Below, one piece after another: positions 37,139 through 47,075 of a DNA stretch of 64,000 bases. The notes beneath the pieces are model-generated. The model saw only the letters and a program-made list of their open reading frames with translations. It was not told the origin of the DNA and searched no databases. The stretch is from assembly GCA_023267635.1 (NCBI GenBank), contig JAHFMX010000001.1:83165-147164 (forward strand), written 5' to 3'. The stretch is from a bacterium. Its GTDB lineage: Bacteria > Patescibacteriota > Minisyncoccia > Phycocordibacterales > UBA5272. The position numbers and the translations under genes were made by a program. Position 1 is the stretch's first letter, and each line of letters opens with the position of its first letter.

Positions 37139-38116
37139 ATGTTACACGTATCTCGCAGTCTTCCTGATATCGCCGTTCTCCGTGGAGGAAAAGAGGATTT
37201 TGGTGTGTCTCTTCAAGAAGGACAAGAGGTACTGAAATCACTCTCACAGATTGGCTATAAACCACTCGATGTGTTGGTTGATAAAGAGGGGAATTGGACA
37301 ACGCAAGGAAAGCCAACGGACGCGCACGCTGTGTTTACCCGTGCTCACACGGTGGTGGATGCAACACGAGACGCTCATGCCTCACACATTAAACTCGCAA
37401 AGAAAATGGGGATCACATTATTTTTCTCAAAAGGAAATGATGTACACATGGATAGGGAAGATATGTATCGATTGCTTCGCATGCAAGGATTTAAAGTTCC
37501 TGATACAACAGTTGTGCGAGCGAAGGCGTCACTTGAGGATTCTTTCTTTCGTAATCTCTGGTCAACATATCACACACCGCTCATGATTCGTCCGCTTGAG
37601 CGCAGTAGTACTGAACAGTCAAAACTCGTCACTGCATTTCCAGATTTTGAAAACACGGTACGAGACTTTCATAGTAAGGGGATAGATGTACATGTGCTTA
37701 CATATAAAAAAGCGCCAACATCATCCATAGCTGTACTCCCTAACTTTCGTGGAGAGGAACTCTACACACCTCTTTGGGTTGAAACATTTGGAAGCCTAAA
37801 TGCAATTCCAAATAGAAGTCATCCAATGCGCGCTCACGCAAACGCACCTGACTACAGAAAGGAACAAATGAAAGATATTGCTACAAAAGTATACAAGGCG
37901 CTTAATCTTTCTTCCCCAGCCTGTATCGATGTTGTTCCGCACGGAGATGGATATATGATTGTGAACGTTGAACGTACTCCGTCTATCGGTAAAGAGGGAC
38001 GCTTCATGCAGTCGCTCCATTCAACAGGAATTGATGTTGGGCAATATGTGCATTCTCAGATTCAGCGCGAACTGGAAAGCGTTGCACCTCTACAACCATA
38101 TGAGTACGCGAGATAG
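37139..38116 (+). CDS. ddl: D-alanine--D-alanine ligase-like ATP-grasp enzyme
   Basis: 325 aa; IAVLRGGKEDFGVSLQEGQEVLKSL..VLVDKEGNW matches the Ddl N-terminal pattern AVLxGGxSxExxVSLxS..V..D..G.W; TGATATACT 9 nt before ATG. Confidence 0.5.
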   Translation: MLHVSRSLPDIAVLRGGKEDFGVSLQEGQEVLKSLSQIGYKPLDVLVDKEGNWTTQGKPTDAHAVFTRAHTVVDATRDAHASHIKLAKKMGITLFFSKGNDVHMDREDMYRLLRMQGFKVPDTTVVRAKASLEDSFFRNLWSTYHTPLMIRPLERSSTEQSKLVTAFPDFENTVRDFHSKGIDVHVLTYKKAPTSSIAVLPNFRGEELYTPLWVETFGSLNAIPNRSHPMRAHANAPDYRKEQMKDIATKVYKALNLSSPACIDVVPHGDGYMIVNVERTPSIGKEGRFMQSLHSTGIDVGQYVHSQIQRELESVAPLQPYEYAR

Positions 38117-38183
38117 GCAACTCATTGCCATTATTTTAGGACTTCCAATTCTCATCGCAATTATTTTTTACTTTCTGTAGCTT

Positions 38184-38212
38184 TTGACAAAAGTACGTTT
38201 TTATGATATAAT
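38184..38212 (+). promoter_or_regulatory. perfect-consensus sigma70 promoter TTGACA-17-TATAAT
   Basis: -35 TTGACA 38184-38189, 17-nt spacer, -10 TATAAT 38207-38212; 65-nt leader with GAGGGG RBS before the ATG at 38284. Confidence 0.65.
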
Positions 38213-38283
38213 ATAGAGATAAGCCTATAGGGCTAACGTGTTTCTTAGTACTTTCAAAATAACTTACGTAACGAGGGGTAACA

Positions 38284-38895
38284 ATGAACAAGCTGTATTT
38301 CACTCTGGTGCTCGCTGTTCTTTCCTTTATTGGGAACGCACAAGCGGGAACCGTGACGCTTAATAAGAAAAAAATTGTTGAGGTGAACTCAGCTTCTGCT
38401 GTCTATGTTCTTAACGGGAAGGTGATTATCGACAACAAAGATTTCACACCTTCCGATACGAAAGAAGTTGATCTTATGGTCACCGGCTCGATCAAGGAGT
38501 TGAAAGTTAACTTCTGTGAATATTTGAGAATACACGGGGATGTGGAAACAACACAAACCAAATATTCGAAAATTGAAGTTGCGGGAGGTGTCTCTGGCTT
38601 GGCTAGTACGTACTCAGGTGGTGTTCATTCCAGAACGATATCGGGTACTGTATTTAAAAATCATGGAGAGATCATTTCCTCGAAAGAGAAAGAGCCTTTC
38701 CTTGAGGAGGCCAGAAAGATACGGGTCTTGATTAACGGCTCGATCAAGGAGTTGAAGGTCGGCGTTTGCTCAGGTGTCAGAATAAACGGCAACGCCAAAG
38801 ACGTTCAAACTCACTCGGGCAACATCGAAGTTTCCGGCACTATTTCTGGAGTGATACGAACCAAGTTTGGAGCAGTAAGCGCAAGTATCAAGTAG
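38284..38895 (+). CDS. secreted protein with internal duplication
   Basis: Signal peptide MNKLYFTLVLAVLSFIGNAQA; two copies of a roughly 45-aa module (GSIKELKVxxCxxxRIxGxxxxxQTxxxxIEVxGxxSG). Confidence 0.55.
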   Translation: MNKLYFTLVLAVLSFIGNAQAGTVTLNKKKIVEVNSASAVYVLNGKVIIDNKDFTPSDTKEVDLMVTGSIKELKVNFCEYLRIHGDVETTQTKYSKIEVAGGVSGLASTYSGGVHSRTISGTVFKNHGEIISSKEKEPFLEEARKIRVLINGSIKELKVGVCSGVRINGNAKDVQTHSGNIEVSGTISGVIRTKFGAVSASIK

Positions 38896-38908
38896 TGCAA
38901 TTTTTGTA

Positions 38909-38934
38909 CAAAACCACCCTCGGGTGGTTTTTTC
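38909..38934 (+). terminator. intrinsic terminator
   Basis: AAACCACCC-TCG-GGGTGGTTTTTTC. Confidence 0.75.
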
Positions 38935-39204
38935 TTTTGTTCTAAAGAGAAAGTAAACTTTTGTCTATATAAGACAATGGATACGCGACGCAGAATATTT
39001 TTTGATTGAGGTGTACAAGGAGTACTCCGATTGAGAAAAATATTCTGCAACAAAGTAGACGTGACTTAGATGGCAAAAGATTTCAATTTTTGGTTTTAGA
39101 AGGATGCAGATATTAGGCGCGGAGAAACGAACGAGGAGACGTACGAAGAGTACGTTGACGAGCGAGTGAGGCTCCGCAACAAAATAAATGCGCCTTATAA
39201 AAGT

Positions 39205-39238
39205 AAAAACCGCCCCTCTGGTAAGTATGGCGGTTTTT
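39205..39238. terminator. hairpin terminator (bidirectional)
   Basis: AAAAACCGCC-14 nt loop-GGCGGTTTTT; about 80 nt past the stop of the minus-strand DUF1508-like gene. Confidence 0.5.
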
Positions 39239-39315
39239 ACTTTGTTATTCTTTTTGCACTTGCGTGCATGAGAACGACGTCTTTGTTTGATGCGTTACGG
39301 TTGCTTCATGGCTAC

Positions 39316-39612
39316 CTACGCAACTTTTTTGTTAGCGGAAGGTTTTGCTTTCGAAGTTTCCGCTTTTTTGTGAGCAGCCTGTTTGAGGGACTGCTTCCCA
39401 GTTGTTTTTGAAGCCGCATCTGCTTTTTTATCAGCATCGACAAGCAAAGCCTTAGTGGTCCATTCAGATAGTTTCTGCGCTGTAGCTAGTGCGGTAGATT
39501 TTTTCTCATATCCTTCGGACATGAAAACCTGAGCACCACTTCGAGCGAGAAGTCTGAATCGATACAAACCTTTCTTATCTTTATAGACTTCAAGGATTGG
39601 TATCTTTGTCAT
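39316..39612 (-). CDS. DUF1508 (YegP-like) domain protein with Lys/Ala-rich tail
   Basis: 98 aa; ILEVYKDKKGLYRFRLLARSGAQVFMSEGYEKKSTALATAQKL matches the YegP/DUF1508 repeat. Confidence 0.6.
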   Translation of the reverse strand: MTKIPILEVYKDKKGLYRFRLLARSGAQVFMSEGYEKKSTALATAQKLSEWTTKALLVDADKKADAASKTTGKQSLKQAAHKKAETSKAKPSANKKVA

Positions 39613-39721
39613 CTATTTGTATTACTTAAATTCTGATAAACATGAAACAACTGTCTACCAACTAGTGTAGCAACACTGCGTGGTATACTCAAGTGAAAGC
39701 TAGTAAGTTATTCACATATTT

Positions 39722-40144
39722 ATGGAAGAATCAAAAACACACATCAATCCTTACATTGGAAATATCCAAGCACTCGTCATGCGGAATGATAATTTTCGTG
39801 AGGTTCTTTTTACGGGAGAGAAATCTCAACTCGTTGTGATGTCGATTCCTGTTGCTGGTGAAGTAGGAGAAGAGACACATGAACATGTAGAACAAACGCT
39901 CTACATTGTGGCTGGTATATGTAAGGTTGTGCTTGATGGCGAAGAACATGTTGTCTCAGGTGGAGATGTGATAGTGGTAACTCCTGGAACAAAACATAAT
40001 TTTATAAACGTAGGAGAAGAATTTGTAAAAATTATTACAACGTACTCTCCACCAAACCATATTGATGGTCGAGTTCATGCTACGAAAGAGGATGCCGAAC
40101 TTGATACTGCTGATGAGGAATTTGGTCATCAGTATACAAGTTAA
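39722..40144 (+). CDS. cupin-domain protein
   Basis: 140 aa; two-motif cupin pattern (GEETHEHVEQTLYIVAG..., GDVIVVTPGTKHNFINVGEE). Confidence 0.65.
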   Translation: MEESKTHINPYIGNIQALVMRNDNFREVLFTGEKSQLVVMSIPVAGEVGEETHEHVEQTLYIVAGICKVVLDGEEHVVSGGDVIVVTPGTKHNFINVGEEFVKIITTYSPPNHIDGRVHATKEDAELDTADEEFGHQYTS

Positions 40145-40213
40145 TTTTTAATTTAAAATTTGAAATTTTAAAAATTGATTAGAAATTAAAAATTTCAAAT
40201 TAAAAATTGCGCA

Positions 40214-40993
40214 ATGGATGACAGAAAATTCATCAATAAAGTATTAAGGCACTATAAAGTGTCAGGGCGACATACATTGTTGTGGCGTCGCAAGGTTACT
40301 CCCTACAGGATTCTGGTGAGCGAGATTATGCTTCAGCAGACTCAGGTGTCACGTGTGGTGCCCAAATTTGAGCTATGGATGAAAAGGTATCCAACGTTAT
40401 CCAGACTCTCTAAGGCATCTCTGTCTGACATTTTGAAGCTCTGGCAGGGGTTGGGATATCAACGCCGTGCAAAGGCGTTATTTGAAGTAGCACAAACCTC
40501 GAAAAGTATTCCAAAAACCTACGGCGAGTTACTTATGTTAAAAGGTATCGGACCATACACAGCTTCTGCCGTATGCGCGTTTGCCTATAATATATTTCCT
40601 GAGAAATTATTGGAAACAAATATTCGCACAGCACTCATCGAAGCATTTCACCAAGGTACCACTAAAGTTCACGATGGAGTCCTCCATGATGATCTTGCTC
40701 GTTTGAATCATCATTCACTAGTGAAGAATCTAGGTGCACGAGAGTGGTATTACGCACTCATGGATTATGGAGCACATCTTAAGACACTTCGTGTATCTCA
40801 TAACAGCAAGAGCGCTCACTACACAAAACAAACACCCTATGAAGGTTCAGCTCGTCAATTACGTGCGAAGGTATTATTTGCGATTACTCATCGTGAAAAG
40901 CTTCCACAAGACGAGCGACTAGAATCTGTTATCAATCAACTAACCAAAGAAGGATATATTATTAAAAAAGGAAAAGGATATGTCGTTGTCTAA
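40214..40993 (+). CDS. HhH-GPD superfamily DNA glycosylase (MutY/Nth-like)
   Basis: 259 aa; TPYRILVSEIMLQQTQV, helix-hairpin-helix LKGIGPYTASAV plus catalytic Asp region; no obvious Fe-S cysteine cluster. Confidence 0.7.
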   Translation: MDDRKFINKVLRHYKVSGRHTLLWRRKVTPYRILVSEIMLQQTQVSRVVPKFELWMKRYPTLSRLSKASLSDILKLWQGLGYQRRAKALFEVAQTSKSIPKTYGELLMLKGIGPYTASAVCAFAYNIFPEKLLETNIRTALIEAFHQGTTKVHDGVLHDDLARLNHHSLVKNLGAREWYYALMDYGAHLKTLRVSHNSKSAHYTKQTPYEGSARQLRAKVLFAITHREKLPQDERLESVINQLTKEGYIIKKGKGYVVV

Positions 40994-41000
40994 ATTGAAA

Positions 41001-41693
41001 CTATTTTTCGATTCCTGTTTCTGAAAGAAGTGTTTTTATTTGTCGTGGTGAGAGCATGTGAACGACACCAGATTTTAGTCCGTGTGATACGAATGAAAGA
41101 ATACGTACACGTACAAGTTTCTTTACCGTAAGGTTAAGTGCGTTAAGCATTCGTCTGATTTCATGTTTCTTCCCTTCTGTAAGAACAATACGAAGCGAAT
41201 GACCTTCGTTGTAAATAGAAACTGATTTTACAGGGGCGTACTGCGCTTCCTGCGTTCGTATTCCTTTTTTAAGAAGTGTCACTACACGTGGTGTACATTT
41301 TTCATACACAAGCACCTCGTATTCCTTTTCTCGGCCATGCTTTGGGTTAAGAAGAGCATCTGACACACGGTAGTCGTTGGTATAGAGAAGAAGTCCTTCA
41401 CTTTCTTTGTCGAGGCGTCCAAGCGGTTCACAACCTGGAAGTTCTGGGTGATGTCCAGTTACTTCACCTCGTGGCTTGTTGTAGAGCGCATAGATAAGTT
41501 CTTTGTGTGGATGTTCAACATGTATCTTGTCTCCTGATACAACCTTACTACCAAGCGTAGCTGGTTTTTTATTAATCATGACATATCCTTTTTCGATATA
41601 GGCATCAATAGTACGACGTGATCCAATTCCTTCATCACGAAGAAACGCGTTTATTCTTTTCTCTTCTTGGTTTGTGGCAATAATTTCTTTCAT
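41001..41693 (-). CDS. RsuA/RluB-family pseudouridine synthase with S4 domain
   Basis: S4-like RINAFLRDEGIGSRRTIDAYIEKGYVMIN, then ALYNKPRGEV..GRLDKESEGLLLYTND catalytic Asp motif; start set at internal Met to avoid overlap with the MFS gene. Confidence 0.75.
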   Translation of the reverse strand: MKEIIATNQEEKRINAFLRDEGIGSRRTIDAYIEKGYVMINKKPATLGSKVVSGDKIHVEHPHKELIYALYNKPRGEVTGHHPELPGCEPLGRLDKESEGLLLYTNDYRVSDALLNPKHGREKEYEVLVYEKCTPRVVTLLKKGIRTQEAQYAPVKSVSIYNEGHSLRIVLTEGKKHEIRRMLNALNLTVKKLVRVRILSFVSHGLKSGVVHMLSPRQIKTLLSETGIEK

Positions 41694-41704
41694 AGGTATA
41701 TAGT

Positions 41705-42874
41705 TTATCTGGTGTCTTTCATTGGGAATACGTACGCTACGCTCGCGAGGATTGCACATCCTAGAATGACGAACATTAATTGTGGACGAGCGATAAGGAA
41801 TGGTCCGATAAGAATTCCAAGCGCGCCGACAACAATAGTTGCAAAGCTAAGTGTGTTTGAGAAAAGCGCAGTAAGGGAGGCATCCTCTGGTCCAACTTTT
41901 TTAAAGTAGTATGCAAATGCCATTGTTTCTACACACGCAGCTCCAACACGTGAAAGGAGAAGAATGATAACCCAGATAACAGGATTAGCTGTGGTTACAA
42001 TAACACATAGGAAGACAGTAAGCGAGAGGATGAGTAATCCTCCAATAAGGAGCTCTTTTTCCCCATAGCGTTTATCTGCAAGGTAGCCGAGCTCATACGG
42101 AAGCACAACAAGAGGAATCAAAGCAAAAGGAAGTATGGCAGTAAGGTATACCGTAAGAGGAATACCAAGTGTTGCGAGGTAGATTGGTGAATAAATAACC
42201 ATAACAGCGTAGAAACACTGCACCATAAATTCTGCAATAAGGGCAGCGCGAATATTTTTATTTTTCCAAGCAACACGGAATGCTTGGTACATATTAATTG
42301 TTTCGTACGCCGGCTCTTCTATGTGGTACAGGTAGGTTCGTACAAGGAGTATGAATGGAACCAGCATACATGACGCAATAATATAGAGCGTTGAAAACGA
42401 AGCAAAGGAAAGAATACTTCCTCCTATAATTGGTGAGATGAGAATACCAATGTTGAGAAGCGTAAGGAAGAGTCCTCTAATTGAACCAGTTTCTGCATGT
42501 TTTGAGAAGCTTTCAATAAATACATTAAGACATACATAGAGAAGTGTTTGAAGAAGGAAGTGAGTTATAAAGAATGCTGCAATAAGAAGTGGGTTCTTAC
42601 TGATTCCGAAGGCGATAGTAATAACGATTTCCGCAATAACTAATCCGATAGTAAATCCATAGGTATGGAACTTCCTCATATATTTTGCCACTGACATTGA
42701 TCCGATGAGAGCTGCGATGGCACCAAACATGTACAACATGCTCACGGTAGATGATCCAAAGTATTGATGAAGATACGACGAAGTCGCATACAGAGGAATT
42801 CCGTAATGAAGGGCGTAGAGGAGGGTAAGAAGATAACTTACTATGAGAAGTTTATTCTTAATGATGGCGTGCAT
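41705..42874 (-). CDS. MFS transporter
   Basis: 389 aa, about 12 TM helices. Confidence 0.75.
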   Translation of the reverse strand: MHAIIKNKLLIVSYLLTLLYALHYGIPLYATSSYLHQYFGSSTVSMLYMFGAIAALIGSMSVAKYMRKFHTYGFTIGLVIAEIVITIAFGISKNPLLIAAFFITHFLLQTLLYVCLNVFIESFSKHAETGSIRGLFLTLLNIGILISPIIGGSILSFASFSTLYIIASCMLVPFILLVRTYLYHIEEPAYETINMYQAFRVAWKNKNIRAALIAEFMVQCFYAVMVIYSPIYLATLGIPLTVYLTAILPFALIPLVVLPYELGYLADKRYGEKELLIGGLLILSLTVFLCVIVTTANPVIWVIILLLSRVGAACVETMAFAYYFKKVGPEDASLTALFSNTLSFATIVVGALGILIGPFLIARPQLMFVILGCAILASVAYVFPMKDTR

Positions 42875-42981
42875 ATATGGAGATAGTATATCAGTTCACG
42901 TTGGGCTTTCTAGTGGGTAACAATGGCAGAAGGTCGACGCCGTAGGCGTCGACCTTCTTGTTCCATTTGTTGTTTTAGAAA

Positions 42982-44871
42982 CTAGACACTAATAATTACA
43001 GGTATAATCACTGGACGTTTTGCAGTCTTTTGAAGCAGGAACTTTGTCGTTGCTTCAGTCACGTCTTGCTTTAGCTGATCGAGGTTAGTGTAATCACCAC
43101 GAGCAAGTCCATCATCAATTACTTTCTTCGTAAGAAGACGTGTTTGGTAAAGGAGGTCTTGTGATTCTTTAAGGTACACGAATCCACGAGAGATAAGATC
43201 AGGAGACTTCTTAAGGGTGTGTGTCTGACTATCGATAACACCGATAACCACAAACATTCCATCTTCAGCAAGTGCCTGACGATCTCGCATAACCACATCT
43301 TGAATCTTTCCAACTGATGTTCCATCAACCACGATCATTTCAGAAGGAGCCTTTTCTTTAAGGATTCCAATCTTGTTACCGCCATCAGTGATTTCAATCA
43401 CCATACCGTTATCAGGTACTACGATATTGCTTTCTGGCATACCAAGTTTCCGTTCGATGTCAGCGTGCACGCGAAGCATGTAGTGATATCCGTGAACAGG
43501 GATGAAGAACTTTGGATGAACCTTTCGGTGAATCCACATAAGTTCATCATGGTTGGCGTGACCTGAAGAGTGAACGTCAGATGTTTTGTAGTGAATAAGA
43601 TGAGCACCTTGTCGAGATAGCTTATCTTTCAAATTTTGTACCGCACGTTCATTTCCTGGAACCACAGACGATGACATAAGAATAGTGTCTCGTGGAGTAA
43701 GACGAAGGAACTTATGAGTCTTGTTCGCAATACGTCCAAGGGCTGCAAATTCTTCACCTTGCTGACCTGTTGCAAGAATAAGAAGTTTATTTTCTGGGAA
43801 GCGCTGCATGTCTTCAAGACTAATGAGTGTCTCTGGGCGAACCTTGAGCATATTGGCAAGCTTTGCAATTTCAACGTTTGTCTTCATACTTCTTCCTTCG
43901 ATTACCACTTTCTTGCCATATTTTTCTGCTGTATCAAGCATGAAAAGCATACGCTCTACCTGAGAGGCAAAGGTACTAATGATAAGACGTCCTGGAGTTT
44001 CTCGAATGATTGTTTCGATGTTGTTGTATACAACAGTATCAGAAATAGAGAATCCTGGGTTCTCACAGTTTGTTGAGTCTGCCATAAGAAGAAGTGTGTT
44101 TCTTCCTTCGAACACTTTGTAACGATCAACTTCATCGTCAGTAGGAATATCATTATTGTGTTCGAGACGAAGATCTCCTGTGTGAACAATGTCACCGAAT
44201 GGAGTTTCAATCATGATACCCATTGAGTCTGGAATAGCATGTGTTACTCCAAAGAATCTCACTCGTAAATCGCCAAGTGTAACTGTATCGTTTTTCTCAA
44301 CAACGTTGATGGTAAGAGGGCTTAGGTGAGGGAACTCTTCCTGACGCTTCTTAATCATAAGAGACGTGAAAAGGCGAGAGTAGATTTGAGGGTTGCCAAT
44401 ACGAGGCATGATATATGGAATAGCTCCGATGTGATCGAGGTGACCATGAGTTACGAGCACTCCTTTGATTTTGTGCTTGTGCTCTTCGAGGTAGCGAGTG
44501 TTTGGAAGAATGAAATCAATTCCAGGAGTTGTTGTTTCCGTGAACTGGATACCACAGTCAACAATGATGATGGTGTCTTTGTATTCAACCATACTCATGT
44601 TACGTCCAATTTCTTCCACTCCACCCAAATGGATAACACGAATATCACCATCTTTTAGTGGGGGAATGTGATCTGTCTCACGCTTTCCGGTTACGGTCGT
44701 GTCGAATTTTGGACCAACCATAGATCGTGGTGGGCGAGCGTTTCGTCCACGAGCTCCGCTACGCGCGCGTTCTGGGCGCTTGAATCCAGGCGCTGCTGGC
44801 GTCTGTGTGTTGAGAGGTTCCATAGGAATGCTCTCTTCTGTTGGTAATGTTGTTGTGGTATCTTCGTTCAT
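42982..44871 (-). CDS. rnj: ribonuclease J
   Basis: 629 aa; metallo-beta-lactamase VTHGHLDHIGAIPY, beta-CASP domain, Arg-rich N-terminal extension. Confidence 0.85.
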   Translation of the reverse strand: MNEDTTTTLPTEESIPMEPLNTQTPAAPGFKRPERARSGARGRNARPPRSMVGPKFDTTVTGKRETDHIPPLKDGDIRVIHLGGVEEIGRNMSMVEYKDTIIIVDCGIQFTETTTPGIDFILPNTRYLEEHKHKIKGVLVTHGHLDHIGAIPYIMPRIGNPQIYSRLFTSLMIKKRQEEFPHLSPLTINVVEKNDTVTLGDLRVRFFGVTHAIPDSMGIMIETPFGDIVHTGDLRLEHNNDIPTDDEVDRYKVFEGRNTLLLMADSTNCENPGFSISDTVVYNNIETIIRETPGRLIISTFASQVERMLFMLDTAEKYGKKVVIEGRSMKTNVEIAKLANMLKVRPETLISLEDMQRFPENKLLILATGQQGEEFAALGRIANKTHKFLRLTPRDTILMSSSVVPGNERAVQNLKDKLSRQGAHLIHYKTSDVHSSGHANHDELMWIHRKVHPKFFIPVHGYHYMLRVHADIERKLGMPESNIVVPDNGMVIEITDGGNKIGILKEKAPSEMIVVDGTSVGKIQDVVMRDRQALAEDGMFVVIGVIDSQTHTLKKSPDLISRGFVYLKESQDLLYQTRLLTKKVIDDGLARGDYTNLDQLKQDVTEATTKFLLQKTAKRPVIIPVIISV

Positions 44872-44900
44872 ATATTTGTTGTTAATGATTAGTAATTAAT

Positions 44901-46625
44901 TTAATGAATAGTGTTTTCTACGATTTGAATAACTTGCTTGTAATATGTTTTTGGCCACACTCGCTCGCTGTATCTATGCCACATATGCACCAAGGCAAAT
45001 CGTGAGGCATTGGTATAACTGACAGAGGGTAGGAGTGTCGTCGCTTTATCTTTACTTATATAAATGAGAGATGGTGCGAATAAGAATATTCCTGGAACTT
45101 CATCAGCAAATTCTTGTCGTACTTCATCGTATGCTGCAGCTGTTTTCAGGATGTCTGAGTCAGTGCGTAGAATTTCTAAATTCTTATCAAGTTCGTTACT
45201 TACGTAATTTGAAATATTTAATCCAGGGTAGTTTCGTTGGCTTGAATGCCAGAAAGCATAGAGGTCAGATGGTGTTTCTGTGATAGAACCATAGAGAAGA
45301 GCTTGGAAGTTTCGTTCTCGAATAACAGACTGGTTAAGGTCAGATACTTCATATACAGCAAGTGTGGTCTGTACACCAATTGCTTCCCAATCGGTCTTTA
45401 TCATTTCAGCAACCTTTCTCATTTCATCGGTGTTTGCTGTAGCTAAGGTGATCTCTATTGTTTCTGATGCTTTGAATGCCTTACTTCCTTTGAGTAGTGT
45501 TATTGCTAAGTCTTTGTCATATGTTGAGCTCGCAACGTCTTCATCGAAAGGGTATGGTGCGTTGATGGCTTTTCCATAATTGTTAAGAACTGTTTGAACG
45601 ATTGCCTCTTTGTTGATTGCATGTGAAAGCGCTTGGCGAACTTTTTTTTCAGACAATGCCGGTGCTTTATTAGCATTAAAGAATACAGTGAACGTTCTTG
45701 GAAGAAGGGACGTGTGAATTTGAGAAGGTGATACACCAAGTGAAGTAATAGATTCTGGTGATAGTCCATGGATTCTGTCGATGTCTCCATTATTAAATGC
45801 GGCAATAGCATATCGTTCGCTCTGGTATGTACTAATAGTGAGCATGTCTATATATGGACGACCAAGAGTATAACTTTTGTGTGCCTCAAGGATAAATGTA
45901 TGAGGAATCCCAGAAGTAGACTTAATATCTTTTATTTTATAAGGACCACTTCCAATAGCATTAATGTTGTATGCACTTAAACTGAACTGTTCGTCATTAA
46001 GATTTTTCCACACATTCTTAGGAAGGATACCGATTGTTAGGTTATCCATAAACAGCGGGTATGGCTTCTTGAGAGAGAACACCATTTCAGTAGCAGATAT
46101 TTTTTCCATGGTGATACCTTCCCATTCAATACGGTGAGGACTTTTAATATTTGGGTTCTGAATAAGATTGATTGTGTAGATAATGTCATCGACAGTTACA
46201 TTTGTTCCATTATGAAAGCGAGCTGTGGATTTAAGTACAACAGTATAGTGAAGCTTATTTTCATTTTCTGTAACGGATTCTGCCATGTCTAATTCATTAG
46301 TGCCTAGCTCTCCTTTCTTTGTTAATCCAGCATAAACGAGCGCAGTGAGATCTTCATCTTGTTCACTTGTTGCAAGCACTGGGTTGATGAACCTCGGAGT
46401 GCCGATGATTCCTTCAGTAATGTCTCCACCGTAACTCGGTACTGTTGTGAGAAAACGTGAGTTAAATGAGATGAGTGCAGAAAAGAAAAGGATTGTTGAT
46501 ATAGAAATAAGCAACCAAAAGACTATCACGCGTTCTGGTGATAGTGTTCGGTAAAGCGCCTTCAGTGTAGAAGGTATAGCTTTGAGACCTCTCGTAGAGT
46601 TGTTTATGTCCATAGCAGTACGCAC
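44901..46625 (-). CDS. ABC-type substrate-binding protein, family 5 (peptide/nickel type)
   Basis: 574 aa; N-terminal TM anchor; FHNGTNVTVDDIIYTINLIQNP typical of SBP_bac_5; no adjacent permease genes. Confidence 0.65.
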   Translation of the reverse strand: MRTAMDINNSTRGLKAIPSTLKALYRTLSPERVIVFWLLISISTILFFSALISFNSRFLTTVPSYGGDITEGIIGTPRFINPVLATSEQDEDLTALVYAGLTKKGELGTNELDMAESVTENENKLHYTVVLKSTARFHNGTNVTVDDIIYTINLIQNPNIKSPHRIEWEGITMEKISATEMVFSLKKPYPLFMDNLTIGILPKNVWKNLNDEQFSLSAYNINAIGSGPYKIKDIKSTSGIPHTFILEAHKSYTLGRPYIDMLTISTYQSERYAIAAFNNGDIDRIHGLSPESITSLGVSPSQIHTSLLPRTFTVFFNANKAPALSEKKVRQALSHAINKEAIVQTVLNNYGKAINAPYPFDEDVASSTYDKDLAITLLKGSKAFKASETIEITLATANTDEMRKVAEMIKTDWEAIGVQTTLAVYEVSDLNQSVIRERNFQALLYGSITETPSDLYAFWHSSQRNYPGLNISNYVSNELDKNLEILRTDSDILKTAAAYDEVRQEFADEVPGIFLFAPSLIYISKDKATTLLPSVSYTNASRFALVHMWHRYSERVWPKTYYKQVIQIVENTIH

Positions 46626-46644
46626 ATGGAGTAGCTATTGTTGA

Positions 46645-46869
46645 TTAGCGAGCAAGAAGCGGGTACGCAAGTGCGAGAACGAAAGCCACCGCAATAATAA
46701 CCGTTAAACGGTGTAGTGACTTTTCCGCTCCACGCTTTTCAAGCGCAGCTCCTGATCCTCCGTCAGCACCAAAAGCGCCTGACGCATCGGTGTTAGCTCG
46801 TTGGATAAGAACGAGTGCAGTGAGGAGAATAGCTAGCGTTATTTGCACAATAGATAGCATGTGAACCAT
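46645..46869 (-). CDS. secG: preprotein translocase subunit SecG
   Basis: 74 aa, two TM helices with Gly-rich loop (LTALVLIQRANTDASGAFGADGGSG..RG.EK.L..T). Confidence 0.7.
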   Translation of the reverse strand: MVHMLSIVQITLAILLTALVLIQRANTDASGAFGADGGSGAALEKRGAEKSLHRLTVIIAVAFVLALAYPLLAR

Positions 46870-47052
46870 GTTTCCAGTATATCATAAGGGGTATAGGCCT
46901 GTAAATATGGGGATAGTTGTCCCTTCGTGGTGTGTTGAGAGCTAAATTTCTAATTTTCAATTTAAAATTTCTAATCAAATCTAAATGTTTCAAAATTAAT
47001 ACATGTAGACATTGAAAATTCAATAAAAATTTATAATTAGAAATTGAAAATT

Positions 47053-47075
47053 CTTTGCAACTACTGTTGCAAAGC
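47053..47075 (-). terminator. hairpin overlapping the dnaE stop
   Basis: CTTTGCAAC-TACT-GTTGCAAAG perfect 9-bp stem, followed on the minus strand by a T-rich repeat region. Confidence 0.4.
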
